In this document: positions 10,601 through 20,994 of the stretch, in pieces
How the letters are laid out: the number at the start of each line of letters is the position of its first letter
Position numbering within the stretch: the first letter of the stretch is position 1
From: a bacterium
Lineage (GTDB): Bacteria > SM23-31
Length of the DNA: 64,000 nucleotides
Assembly (NCBI GenBank): GCA_965249485.1
Contig: OZ252239.1
Location: forward strand, 3,520,001-3,584,000
Direction: 5' to 3'
The notes under the pieces: generated by a model
Told to the model about the DNA's origin: nothing
Seen by the model: only the letters and a program-made list of their open reading frames with translations
Databases searched by the model: none
Made by a program: the position numbers and the translations under genes

Positions 10601-11155
10601 ATGAAAAACCGTTGCTCCTGGTGTGGAGATAATGAGTTGTACATAAATTACCACGACAATGAATGGGGCGTCCCGGTTCATGATGACCGGATACTGTTTG
10701 AGTTCCTGCTCCTTGAGGGAATGCAGGCAGGTCTGAGTTGGCTGACGATTTTGAAAAAGCGGAATAACTTCCGAAAAGCGTTCGATGGTTTCGATCCTGA
10801 AATCATCGCACGGTACGACACCGCAAAAACCGATGCCGGAATAATCAGAAACAAACTAAAAATTGCCGCGGCAGTGCAGAACGCACAATCGTTCCTGCTA
10901 ATCAGGGAAGAATTCGGCTCGTTCGACAGGTATATCTGGCAATTCGTTAATGGTAAACCAATTCAGAATATGTGGAAAACAATGAATGATATACCCGCAA
11001 GTACGAAAGAATCAGACGAAATGAGTAAAGATTTAAAGCAGAAAGGATTCAAATTTGTGGGTACAACCATCTGTTACGCTCACATGCAGGCAACCGGCAT
11101 GGTCAACGATCATGTCGTCGACTGTTTCAGATATGATGACATTAAGAATTGGTAG
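10601..11155 (+). CDS. tag: DNA-3-methyladenine glycosylase I
   Basis: RCxW, YHDxEWG, LEGxQAGLSW, IIRNKLKI, FVGTTICYA, NDHxxxC. Confidence 0.93.
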   Translation: MKNRCSWCGDNELYINYHDNEWGVPVHDDRILFEFLLLEGMQAGLSWLTILKKRNNFRKAFDGFDPEIIARYDTAKTDAGIIRNKLKIAAAVQNAQSFLLIREEFGSFDRYIWQFVNGKPIQNMWKTMNDIPASTKESDEMSKDLKQKGFKFVGTTICYAHMQATGMVNDHVVDCFRYDDIKNW

Positions 11156-11163
11156 TTACTAGC

Positions 11164-11883
11164 ATGATTATTCATGAAGATTCCTACCGGGGAATCGGAA
11201 TTTCAGCAATAGTACACAAATCCCGGCTACGGAAAATTGTAAGAATTATCGGCGGCCTTAATTTCCCTGACAAGGGGAAATTGGCAGACTTTGGGTGCTC
11301 AAACGGTTATTTGCTTGAAATATTATTAGAATCATTACCGCAGATTAGTGACTTGGATCTCTTTGGATTTGACCATTCAAAGGAACTTCTTGAGGCTGCC
11401 CGAACAAAGAATTTACATACTGTTTCATTTGAACATATTGACCTTAACAATCAATCTCCAGACACAAATAAGTTATTTGATATTGTAACATGTTTTGAAA
11501 CACTGGAACATGTCGGGAATGCAGCTAATGCTCTTGACACTCTCATTGGATCATGCAAAAGCGGCGGCACTATACTCTTATCATTACCGAATGAGGTCGG
11601 AATTCAGGGATTGCTCAAATATGTGGGCAGAAAAGTATTACGAAAAAATGCCTATGGCAATTTTTTTCAAAATCATAGCGAACTGAAATATTTCTGGTGT
11701 CTGGTCACCAATAAACCAATTACTATATTCAGAACACCTGTGTCGGACGGCTGGGGACCGCATCTTGGTTTTGACTGGAAAGTAATTGTGGAACATATCA
11801 AGGCAAACAGCACATGCAAAATTTTAAAAAAACATAACTCCTTTCTCGGATTTAATTATATATTTATTATCAAAAAACTCTAA
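11164..11883 (+). CDS. Class I SAM-dependent methyltransferase
   Basis: DFGCSNG motif I, FDIVTCFETLEHV, SGGTILLSLPN. Confidence 0.85.
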   Translation: MIIHEDSYRGIGISAIVHKSRLRKIVRIIGGLNFPDKGKLADFGCSNGYLLEILLESLPQISDLDLFGFDHSKELLEAARTKNLHTVSFEHIDLNNQSPDTNKLFDIVTCFETLEHVGNAANALDTLIGSCKSGGTILLSLPNEVGIQGLLKYVGRKVLRKNAYGNFFQNHSELKYFWCLVTNKPITIFRTPVSDGWGPHLGFDWKVIVEHIKANSTCKILKKHNSFLGFNYIFIIKKL

Positions 11884-11940
11884 AAATTATTCAGCACATT
11901 TCAATTACACATCGAATTAAAAATCTTCCACTAAACTATT

Positions 11941-13311
11941 TCAAGTAGTAAACAACGTTGCGACTGCATCTGCTGTTCGTTCCATTTCTTCCATTGTATT
12001 GTAAATATGGGGACATAATCTCATGCCGGGACGGACACCACCATGAACCGCACATCCTATGTTATGCTCTTCATACATCCGCTTCCGTATGCCAGCAACT
12101 TGATCTCCCGGTAACCTTAACTTCACTATAGGTGCATTGACCGATTCCATATCCGGCGCATAGAATACTATTTCCGGCACCCGTTTTCTCAACTCATTGC
12201 GGAGTGATCCGGCAAGAGCATACACCCGTTTCTCAATACGCTCAATATCGATCGTTTCAAGCATATTTACCGCAGTTTCAAATGCTGCAAATTTCGCATC
12301 ATCTTTATGCCCATATGTCTCAAATTTACGTGCAGTTCCTCCTTCGGCGGCACTTTCCCATCCTACTCCTACAACTGACGGCCAAAGACCTGCGATCTGT
12401 TCTTTCTTTACGTAGAGAAGCCCCGCCTCGCGCGGACCGGTAAGCCATTTCTGAGAACTGCTTGTATAAAAATCACACCCCATGTCATGGAGATTTGTGG
12501 CAACACATCCTGCTGATTGCGCGCCATCAACAAGAGAAAGTACATTATTTTGTTGTGCCAGCGCACACAATTCTTTCGCAGGAAACCGGATACCCGTATC
12601 ACTCGATATATCGGTTATTGCAAGTACCCGAGTTCTGTTCGAGAGAGCATCCTTGAACGGTTTTATCAATTCCTCCGAAGACTGCGGATTCGGTGGTGTG
12701 GTAACCCGCTTTACGGTAAATCCATGCCTATCTGAACGAACATCCCATGCAACATTATTCGTTGGGTGATTCTGCTCCCAAATCACAACTTCATCACCTC
12801 TTCCCAGCGTCAAACCGGTTATTATAATATTGTTCGATTCACTCGTATTTCTTGTAACAGCTATCTCGTCAGGATCGGCCCCAAGAAAGGTTGCAAGAGC
12901 CTCACGTACTTTTTCAAGATAAATCTCTACCGTCTTCCTGTTTTCATGAGAAGTGTCCTCATTAATTGATCGGACAAATTTAAATTGTCTTTCCATCACA
13001 GATATTGGTGAAGGTGTCATGTTTCCTGCATTGATAATAATAAAATTGTCTTTTATGGGGTATTGAGATTTAATCGACCGCCAAAACTGCTCATCACCGG
13101 ACGATCCCGCACTGAGTCCCGCAACTGATTCCTGTAACGACATGTTTGAGCCAGAAGACTCTCCGCATTGAATATAGGGAGCACTTAATAAGAATACTGC
13201 GCCGCCAACACCCCGTTTTAAAAAGGAACGACGGTTTGATCCTGGCTTATTCGTACTATTCTGATTAAGTACACCACTATCTTGAATGGATTTATGCATG
13301 GGATACCTCAT
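11941..13311 (-). CDS. Tat-exported class V PLP aminotransferase (isopenicillin N epimerase/cysteine desulfurase-like)
   Basis: NRRSFLK twin-arginine motif, VDGAQSAG, SSQKWLTGP, HIYNT. Confidence 0.85.
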   Translation of the reverse strand: MRYPMHKSIQDSGVLNQNSTNKPGSNRRSFLKRGVGGAVFLLSAPYIQCGESSGSNMSLQESVAGLSAGSSGDEQFWRSIKSQYPIKDNFIIINAGNMTPSPISVMERQFKFVRSINEDTSHENRKTVEIYLEKVREALATFLGADPDEIAVTRNTSESNNIIITGLTLGRGDEVVIWEQNHPTNNVAWDVRSDRHGFTVKRVTTPPNPQSSEELIKPFKDALSNRTRVLAITDISSDTGIRFPAKELCALAQQNNVLSLVDGAQSAGCVATNLHDMGCDFYTSSSQKWLTGPREAGLLYVKKEQIAGLWPSVVGVGWESAAEGGTARKFETYGHKDDAKFAAFETAVNMLETIDIERIEKRVYALAGSLRNELRKRVPEIVFYAPDMESVNAPIVKLRLPGDQVAGIRKRMYEEHNIGCAVHGGVRPGMRLCPHIYNTMEEMERTADAVATLFTT

Positions 13312-13591
13312 ATTGTGAAACAGAATGTTTTTCCCATTGGTGCGTAGAATATGTGAGATTCGTGAGAATGGAATGGGTGGTAACGGAATATACTATAAAT
13401 ACTTACCGGGTACAACAGTTATTTATTAAGGAACAATTCGCGCTTTAAACAATGAAATTATCTTATGTGATAAAGAGAATTGTTCACTGTTACCATTCAT
13501 CCTCAATTGATTTGTGTTAACTACTTTAATCGACCAAATATCTGAACTTTAATTTTGCATTTTCGACAAAAATTATTATACTGTAAACCTT

Positions 13592-15487
13592 ATGATAAAG
13601 CGTGTGCAACTTCCTCTCTTAGACCCAGTTAAAATACAGCATGAATCCTTTTTCCTGCTCTTTGAGACAAGTCTTGTCGATGAAGAAAATTACAAAAGTT
13701 ATATCTTCACTAATCCGGTGGATATAATTCGGATCGATGATATTAATGATGTTCCAGCGGCATATGACCAGATTGATGATTACGCACAAAAACACTACAT
13801 TGCCGGATTTTTTACGTATGAATCGGGATACATTTTTGAAAAATCAATATTTTTGAATTCAGATGGTGTCACACCGTCTGCAAACAGATCAACTATTCGA
13901 ACGCCGTATGTTTATCTCGGAGTGTTTGAAACAGTAATCGAATTTGATCATCGCACGGGGAATTGGTCAACTCCGGAGGCAAAAAAATTCGAGCTTTCCA
14001 CAAAAGGGAATCCCTCCAGGTCAAAATCTACATATACTATTGAGAATTTAAAACCCAATATTGATAAACATGAGTATAACAAAGCTGTCAAAAAAATTCT
14101 ACATTATATTGGGGAGGGTGACACGTATCAGGTAAATTATACGTTTAAATATAATTTTTCATTCTCAGGATGTCAGTACACTTTATATGAAGAGTTGAAG
14201 AATACGCAAAATGTACCATACAGCTCTTTCCTCCATTTTGACGACTTATCAGTACTATCTTTATCTCCGGAGCTTTTCTTTCGAAGAGATGGAGATTATA
14301 TTATTGCAAAACCAATGAAGGGTACGATAAAACGCGGTAAATCAGTTCAAGAAGACGTAGAAAAGGTACACAACCTTGAAAACAGTGCAAAAGATAATGC
14401 CGAAAACACTATGATTGTCGATCTCATTCGCAATGACATTGGCCGGATTGCACTATGGAGTTCTGTTAAGGTACCCGATCTCCACACGATTGAAAAATTT
14501 CAGACACTTTTTCAGATGACTTCGACCGTTACAGCACAGCTGCTGGACAATATTTCCTATCATCAGATATTCGAGAGCCTATTTCCGTCCGGCTCGATTA
14601 CCGGTGCACCTAAAATACGAACAATGCAAATTATTCAAGAGCTTGAAAAGGAACCGAGAACTATTTATTGTGGTACAATTGGGATTATTTTTCCGGACAA
14701 AAAAGCAGTTTTCAATGTGCCGATACGAACAATTGTAATTCAGGATGATAAAGGCGAAATGGGTATCGGGAGCGGAATTATCGCTGATTCCGAGCCTGAT
14801 AATGAGTTGAATGAGTGTCACGTAAAGTCACGGTTTCTAACGCGGCGCTTTCCAACTTTCAAGCTGCTCGAAACGCTTCTGTGGGGTAATGGCTATTCCT
14901 TTTTGGATGAGCACCTGAACCGGATTGAAGAATCGGCCTTTTATTTTGACTATTACATTTCCCGAAAATATATACAAAAACGGCTCCGCCAGCTTGAAAA
15001 GTCATTCAAAGCCGGAAAGCGTTATAAAGTACGGGTGCTTCTGGACCGGGCCGGAAAAGTACATTGTGAGTATGATGTCCTCAAAATAGTTCCCGGACGA
15101 CTATCTGATACTGCTATGAACACAATAACGATTTCCGAAATCAGAATGAACAGTGACGATATTTTCCTCTATCATAAAACCGATAATAGGTCTCTCTACA
15201 ACGAAGAATACCAACATTATTCAGGACTGGGATTCTGTGAGGTTGTCTTTATGAATGAACAGGGAGAAATTACCGAAGGAGCTGTAACCAATGTATTTGT
15301 ATTAAAAGATGGTATCTACAGGACACCCCCCGTAACATCGGGTTTATTACCGGGGATCTACCGTACTCATTTCATGAATACAAATGAGGTCACTGAAGAA
15401 GTCCTTTATGAACACGACCTCTTTGAAGCGGACGGTTTGTTTATTTGTAATTCTGTACGGGGAATGCATGAAGTGATTCTACTGTAA
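13592..15487 (+). CDS. pabB: Aminodeoxychorismate synthase component I fused to a class IV aminotransferase-like ADC lyase (PabB-PabC)
   Basis: GDTYQVNY, SPELF, PMKGT, MIVDLIRND, SITGAPK; C-terminal LLET, HKT, TEGAVTN, GLLPG, NSVRG. Confidence 0.92.
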   Translation: MIKRVQLPLLDPVKIQHESFFLLFETSLVDEENYKSYIFTNPVDIIRIDDINDVPAAYDQIDDYAQKHYIAGFFTYESGYIFEKSIFLNSDGVTPSANRSTIRTPYVYLGVFETVIEFDHRTGNWSTPEAKKFELSTKGNPSRSKSTYTIENLKPNIDKHEYNKAVKKILHYIGEGDTYQVNYTFKYNFSFSGCQYTLYEELKNTQNVPYSSFLHFDDLSVLSLSPELFFRRDGDYIIAKPMKGTIKRGKSVQEDVEKVHNLENSAKDNAENTMIVDLIRNDIGRIALWSSVKVPDLHTIEKFQTLFQMTSTVTAQLLDNISYHQIFESLFPSGSITGAPKIRTMQIIQELEKEPRTIYCGTIGIIFPDKKAVFNVPIRTIVIQDDKGEMGIGSGIIADSEPDNELNECHVKSRFLTRRFPTFKLLETLLWGNGYSFLDEHLNRIEESAFYFDYYISRKYIQKRLRQLEKSFKAGKRYKVRVLLDRAGKVHCEYDVLKIVPGRLSDTAMNTITISEIRMNSDDIFLYHKTDNRSLYNEEYQHYSGLGFCEVVFMNEQGEITEGAVTNVFVLKDGIYRTPPVTSGLLPGIYRTHFMNTNEVTEEVLYEHDLFEADGLFICNSVRGMHEVILL

Positions 15488-15490
15488 TAG

Positions 15491-16618
15491 TCAATAACTC
15501 CCGCAGGAATGTTCCTCACCATCAGTTGTGACATAGTGACGCAGTTCATTCACAGAAAGACAAGAATGTACAGGAGCGATAAAAACAAAATCTCCAATTG
15601 CTGTATTGTGAAAGGTTGCTTCATCAACTTCGACAATACCATGTTCCTGATATATCTTTGAAACCGTAGAAGAATCGACAACATCACCGAGTCCTCCACC
15701 CTCCCAACTGATCAGTCTCCCGAAATAGAGGGAATTGTCACCTCTTTTAATAAAATCCTTCGATAAATGAACTGCACCACCGTAGATTACCAATTCCTTT
15801 CCAGCTTCCTGTTTTGCAACAACCGGGCAGGCAACAGCAAGGGACAGTTCTGCTCCTGTACAGGACCCGATCTCGCGTTGGGAAAGGTCATAAAAGATAA
15901 AATTTCCGGGCCGCATCTCCTCAACACCACTATAGTCTTCGATAATACTGCAGCATGGCGTATCGCCTGAGGAAATTTCAAGATTGTGAAAGCCATTTTC
16001 TGACAGCATGTCACGAACAGTGTTCATTCGATCAACCGTCTCTTTATATACCCGCTTCAATCCATCTTGCGACCGTTCATCATACGAATGACCGGCATGT
16101 GTCAATACTCCATGCAATTGACACAATTCGGCATCTCGCAGATGGCGTGAAACATCGATAATCGTTTCCGATTCGCTCCAGTCTATCCCCGCTTTATGGT
16201 GCCCGATATCGATATTGATCCACGTATTGACATTATTTTTCAACCCATCATTCAAACAGTCTGCAACCTCAACCGATTCGACGAGGACATTCAAAATGAT
16301 CTTACCGGCAAGTTCATCAATACGTCCAATCTGATGGATATTCACCGGAAATGCGATTGTAATGTCATTCCACCCGTGCTCTGCAAAGTAGTACGCCATA
16401 TCGACTGATGAGACGGTAATTTGGGAAACTCCGAATTCTCTGAACCATTCTCCGATTGTAGCCGATTGGTGGGTCTTGAAGTGGGGCCTGAGCCTGACAC
16501 CACTCTTTTGTGCTTTGTCAGCTATTTTTTTTATGTTTATAAGTGCTTTTTGCTTATCGACAATGAGTGTCGGTTTTTCAATTTGAAAGGGTAAATTCTG
16601 CAGAGAAACATTGTTCAT
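15491..16618 (-). CDS. Fold-type III PLP enzyme (D-threonine aldolase/D-serine dehydratase-like)
   Basis: LRPHFKTH, HAGHSY, GDTP, EMRPGNFIFYD, QEHG, PVHSC. Confidence 0.85.
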   Translation of the reverse strand: MNNVSLQNLPFQIEKPTLIVDKQKALINIKKIADKAQKSGVRLRPHFKTHQSATIGEWFREFGVSQITVSSVDMAYYFAEHGWNDITIAFPVNIHQIGRIDELAGKIILNVLVESVEVADCLNDGLKNNVNTWINIDIGHHKAGIDWSESETIIDVSRHLRDAELCQLHGVLTHAGHSYDERSQDGLKRVYKETVDRMNTVRDMLSENGFHNLEISSGDTPCCSIIEDYSGVEEMRPGNFIFYDLSQREIGSCTGAELSLAVACPVVAKQEAGKELVIYGGAVHLSKDFIKRGDNSLYFGRLISWEGGGLGDVVDSSTVSKIYQEHGIVEVDEATFHNTAIGDFVFIAPVHSCLSVNELRHYVTTDGEEHSCGSY

Positions 16619-16889
16619 TACTACTCCTGTATAGCTTTAAGAATAAAAAATCTGAATAGTTGCCAATCTATTGTAAGAATTTCGAATTATATCCGCAATC
16701 TGTTTTTAGTCAAAATCAGGTCGAACACCAGTATCAGGCACAATAATCAGTGAAGATAACAATATTTCGTACGATATCAATAATATAAGTAACGTGAAAA
16801 AAAATCGAATTTTTAAAAAATAATTATTACCTTCTGTTTATTATTGTAACTGTAATTCCACAATACGTCACTATAGGGGAGACATTGAG

Positions 16890-17963
16890 ATGTTTGAAAA
16901 ATTGTATAAGAGTATCACAATTACTGTTTTCGCATTGACGATTACGGTCCTTCCATTTGCTCAGGCTTCAGCACAGGACGGAGATCTCGACCTGGAACAG
17001 ACTCTTCAGCAGTTGTCGGACGTTGCTGCAAAGAATTATGTAAGACCGATATCTGATGCGATGGGTGTCAATTTGAACGGCGGATGGTTTCACCGTGCAC
17101 CTCAGGCAAAAATATTGGGATTCGACCTTGAATTCGGTATTGTCGGCATGGGAACATTTCTGGATGATGAAGACAAGTCATTTTCTGAAACCGCTCCGTG
17201 GCGGTTTACCCGCGATCAAGCAGAAGATCTGGTGTCAGGTCTCAACCCTGCGGTTCAGAATGCTGTTATTGATGAAATCCTGAGTAATGACTTCACGGTC
17301 ACAATTGCTGGTCCGACTGCAATAGGGACTGATGATGATAATGTTTCGGTTGCTTTTAGTGGCGCTACGGTTTTGGGTGAAATCATTCCTTCAGAAACAT
17401 TTGAGTTGGAAGACATTAAGGGCCTCGCTCAAGATCTCGATATTATTCCTCTCGGAGCACCGCAGCTTTCGATTGGTACTGTTCTGGGGACAATGGCAAC
17501 ATTCCGCTGGCTTCCCGAAACCGAAATTGATAAGGATATCGGCTCAATCAAGTATTTCGGATTCGGTATTCAGCATAATTTTCAGTCCTGGATTGCAACA
17601 CCACTCCCGATTGAAGTTTCACTCGGCTATTTTACTCAGAAACTCGAGTTTGGCGATATCATTGACCTCACGACAAATTCCTTCGGTCTGACGTTGAGTA
17701 AACACAATGGCGGCCGTTTCTTTAATCTTGTACCGTATGCTGGATATATGTTCGAGAGTTCCGAAATGGACGTTAAATACGACTTTGATGTTGATACTCC
17801 AACGGGAACCGAAACGCAAAGTATAGCCTTTAAACTCGATGGTATTAACGAAAACCGTACTACGGTCGGACTCAGCCTCCGGTTGGCGATTCTGAACATT
17901 AATGCCGACTATAATTTCGGCGAAAAGAATTCAGCTACCGCAGGTCTCATGATAGCATTTTAA
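16890..17963 (+). CDS. Putative outer-membrane beta-barrel protein (DUF6588-like)
   Basis: Signal peptide, alternating beta-strands, GWF/PQLSIG/FGFGIQH pattern, terminal Phe. Confidence 0.65.
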   Translation: MFEKLYKSITITVFALTITVLPFAQASAQDGDLDLEQTLQQLSDVAAKNYVRPISDAMGVNLNGGWFHRAPQAKILGFDLEFGIVGMGTFLDDEDKSFSETAPWRFTRDQAEDLVSGLNPAVQNAVIDEILSNDFTVTIAGPTAIGTDDDNVSVAFSGATVLGEIIPSETFELEDIKGLAQDLDIIPLGAPQLSIGTVLGTMATFRWLPETEIDKDIGSIKYFGFGIQHNFQSWIATPLPIEVSLGYFTQKLEFGDIIDLTTNSFGLTLSKHNGGRFFNLVPYAGYMFESSEMDVKYDFDVDTPTGTETQSIAFKLDGINENRTTVGLSLRLAILNINADYNFGEKNSATAGLMIAF

Positions 17964-17982
17964 ATTGAAATTATTTTCCATT

Positions 17983-18018
17983 AAAAAGACCGGCTCACTT
18001 ATGTGCCGGTCTTTTTTT
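17983..18018. terminator. Bidirectional intrinsic terminator
   Basis: AAAAAGACCGGC-loop-GCCGGTCTTTTTTT between convergent genes. Confidence 0.85.
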
Positions 18019-18120
18019 ATATATTTTCAAAGTTTTGAAATTTTTGTGTTCCGTGTATAGTGCATGGGTTACAATATTAAATCCTTTAATTTTTGATGGT
18101 TTTCAATCATTACTATGGAT

Positions 18121-19512
18121 CTAATACATAAATTTAAGTACTTTTTTTACAAATGGAGTCAGCTTGCCTGAAAAATGTTTCAGAATAGCACTTTTGTTGA
18201 TTCTGCCTGCTGTCGGATATGGGTAAGTTTTGTTAAAAATATTTTTTACGTTCAGTCCGCTGCTCATCGCTAAAGAAAGTTCCTGTGACAGCTCCCCAGC
18301 ATGTTCGGCAACCATCGAACCACCAACAATTTTATTCTTCGCTATAAAGAGAATAACAAGTCCCTCCGTCGCATCGTCGACAATAGCACGGTCGTCATCC
18401 TTGAGATCGATAACAATTTTCTTATAGTCGATACCGCGCCGTTTCAGTTCATCTTCATTCAGACCGAATGTGGCTATTTCCGGTGAAGTATATGTCACCC
18501 ACGACAGATTATCGTTATTGAGCTTTTTCTTGAGTGGTGAAAAAAAGTTGTTTAGAATTACCCCTGCATGAAGTTCGGCAGCATGAGTGAACTGATACGA
18601 TCCGGCAACATCGCCGCATACATAAACATTTTTGTTTGTTGTCCGTAGATATTCATCAGCTCTTATCTTCCCGTTATCAACAGCAATTTCGGCTTTTTCA
18701 AGCTGCAAGTTTTCGATATTCAATACACGACCGATACTGATTAATACTGTATCGAAATCAATTGACTGTTCTTTGTCATCAACGGTTATTTTCAAAGTAT
18801 TGGAAGAGGTAAATTTCTGCAGCCGCGCATTGAAATGAAACTGAATTCCTTCATTCTCAAGCCTGTTCTTTAAAACTTCGGCAATTTCCGGAGCTTCCTT
18901 CGGGAGGAATTTTGAAGAGTATTCGATGATACTCACTTCAGAACCGAGACGTCTGAACGCCTGACTCAATTCCATACCAATCGGCCCACCACCGATGGTA
19001 ACGAGCCGTTTCGGGAAGTAGTCGATATCAAAAATATTTTCGTTTGTAAAATATTGAACATTCTCAATACCGGGAAGATCAAGAGAACGAGGACGCGATC
19101 CGGTGGCAATGACAATATTCTTCCCCTCGTAGACCGTATCTCCAACTTTCACCGAATTCTTACCCGCGAATTCCGCAGCACCGAGTACGACGTCCATTCC
19201 TTTTTTCCTGAAATAATCAGCATTTTCGTGTGTTCTGATTATCTCCTTTTTATCGTCGACATATTTCGTGACTTTTGTTATGTCAATTTCTCCGGAAACA
19301 GTCAACCCGAATTTTTGCACCTCTTGTGCCTCCCGCGCCATCCTCGATATATGAATAAGCGCTTTACTCGGTACACATCCGAAATTCAGACAATCACCGC
19401 CTATGCTTCTATCAGATCTGTCGATGAGCAGTGTCTTAAAGCCCGATGTGTTCATAAATCCAGCAACATTCAGACCGCCGGAACCGGCTCCGATGACGAT
19501 GATATCGTACAT
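18121..19512 (-). CDS. FAD-dependent pyridine nucleotide-disulfide oxidoreductase (Lpd/MerA-like family)
   Basis: GAGSGG, GGDCLNFGCVPSK, ATGS, GGGPIG, GD, YPT. Confidence 0.9.
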   Translation of the reverse strand: MYDIIVIGAGSGGLNVAGFMNTSGFKTLLIDRSDRSIGGDCLNFGCVPSKALIHISRMAREAQEVQKFGLTVSGEIDITKVTKYVDDKKEIIRTHENADYFRKKGMDVVLGAAEFAGKNSVKVGDTVYEGKNIVIATGSRPRSLDLPGIENVQYFTNENIFDIDYFPKRLVTIGGGPIGMELSQAFRRLGSEVSIIEYSSKFLPKEAPEIAEVLKNRLENEGIQFHFNARLQKFTSSNTLKITVDDKEQSIDFDTVLISIGRVLNIENLQLEKAEIAVDNGKIRADEYLRTTNKNVYVCGDVAGSYQFTHAAELHAGVILNNFFSPLKKKLNNDNLSWVTYTSPEIATFGLNEDELKRRGIDYKKIVIDLKDDDRAIVDDATEGLVILFIAKNKIVGGSMVAEHAGELSQELSLAMSSGLNVKNIFNKTYPYPTAGRINKSAILKHFSGKLTPFVKKVLKFMY

Positions 19513-19530
19513 ATTCTTCTCCAGATTAAA

Positions 19531-20229
19531 TTATTGAGAAATCTCTTTACTCTTCGTTTTCTTGAATTTTTTATAGAAATACGGGACAAACATAAGCAGA
19601 AAAAAAGCTGCAAGTGCTATAAAAAATTTTGCGGACAACGGGTTTTCAAGACTTGATCCAAGATACGTAGTAAAAAATCCGCCCGGCAGCATTCCGAGGA
19701 ATGATGCGGCAATATAATCTTTTAATTTTACTTTGCTCAATCCGCATCCGTAATTAACAACATCAAACGGTGGAATACCGATTAGACGCATGGGCAATAC
19801 AACAAGAAATCCTTTTTCAGCAACCTTTTCGCTGAATTTTTCAAGCGTACCCGACCGCATGCCGGGAATCATTTGTAGGAATTCTCCACCGAAATAGCGG
19901 GCAAACAAAAAGGACGCGGTTGCCCCCAGCGTTGCTCCGGTAACATTGAGCAACCATCCCCAAAGCGCCCCGAATGCCAGACCACTTGCGAGTGATACGA
20001 CAAAAACCGGCATAAATAGCAAAACACTACGGAGTATGTAAATCGTTAAAAAAACAATAGGTGCATATATACCGAATCCGAGGATGAAATTTTTAACATT
20101 TGTCGGCGTAAAATGAGAGAAGTTAAGTGGTGTAAAATAGAACGCTGATACGACGCCACCGATAATAAGGGCAAGTACCGCCAGTTTGCGTATTTTGCTT
20201 TTTCCGTCCTTTTGTTCACTCATAATCAA
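19531..20229 (-). CDS. TVP38/TMEM64 (DedA/VTT) membrane protein
   Basis: Multiple TMs, GATLGA..FxxARY, RLxxxxPFDVVNYxxG, GMLPG. Confidence 0.9.
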   Translation of the reverse strand: MIMSEQKDGKSKIRKLAVLALIIGGVVSAFYFTPLNFSHFTPTNVKNFILGFGIYAPIVFLTIYILRSVLLFMPVFVVSLASGLAFGALWGWLLNVTGATLGATASFLFARYFGGEFLQMIPGMRSGTLEKFSEKVAEKGFLVVLPMRLIGIPPFDVVNYGCGLSKVKLKDYIAASFLGMLPGGFFTTYLGSSLENPLSAKFFIALAAFFLLMFVPYFYKKFKKTKSKEISQ

Positions 20230-20259
20230 AACCTTTGGATTAAATTGCTAAATCTTTAT

Positions 20260-20976
20260 CTATTTTCTATCATTCACACTATGTGAAAATTGATGTTTTC
20301 TGTGAGAATCCACCTGATACTTTTCAAAATAATTCAGTGTATTGAGCATGTTGGCAGCAATGCCGTCACAACTTTCCTGAATGAACCGCTTTAGATCATC
20401 ATACGTATCAATATCGTATTTTATTTCAAGGGTACAGGACTGTAGACTGAGAGAGTGAAGAATCCGATTTGTCTGCGAAAACACTTGCTCGCTGCTCCAT
20501 GAAATATTGTTGAACAACTCGGGAATCATTCTCGACAATCCGATTAAATAATATCCACCGTCCTCTGTCGGACCTACAACTGCGTCATTTGAATCAAGAT
20601 CCCGAAAAGCATTACCAATATCTTGTTCCGACAGAATGAGACAATCAGCGCCGATTGCCGCAACATTTTTATAACCTTCATTGAACTGTTCATCGAATGC
20701 ACCTGTAAGCCGTTCTGACAATTCTCCTTCATGCTGCGCTTTAAGGGTTATCCGGCTGGTAAGCCACTCCTGAAAGGCCTCCTCCTTTGTTTCCGGAGTG
20801 AAATATACAATGGTGTCGAATTTACTCGAATTACATACTGAATCGCAGATATCCTCGACCATTGCTCTATATAATCCTGCCGCATGTTCATACGAGATTT
20901 CCGGATATAAGCGTGTCTTGACTTGTTTCGGTTCGGGATATTTTGCGAAAATAAGGAGTGCATTTGGTGATGTCAT
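20260..20976 (-). CDS. TIGR04282-type (DUF2064) glycosyltransferase-like protein
   Basis: IFAKYPEPKQVKTRL, QxEGEL, IGADC, GPTEDGGYYLIG, DIDT. Confidence 0.88.
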   Translation of the reverse strand: MTSPNALLIFAKYPEPKQVKTRLYPEISYEHAAGLYRAMVEDICDSVCNSSKFDTIVYFTPETKEEAFQEWLTSRITLKAQHEGELSERLTGAFDEQFNEGYKNVAAIGADCLILSEQDIGNAFRDLDSNDAVVGPTEDGGYYLIGLSRMIPELFNNISWSSEQVFSQTNRILHSLSLQSCTLEIKYDIDTYDDLKRFIQESCDGIAANMLNTLNYFEKYQVDSHRKHQFSHSVNDRK

Positions 20977-20994
20977 AAAATTTTTCTGCTTGTT

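Noticed and set aside
18121..19512. Mercuric reductase MerA
   Set aside because: No C-terminal Cys-Cys pair, no N-terminal metal-binding domain, no mer genes
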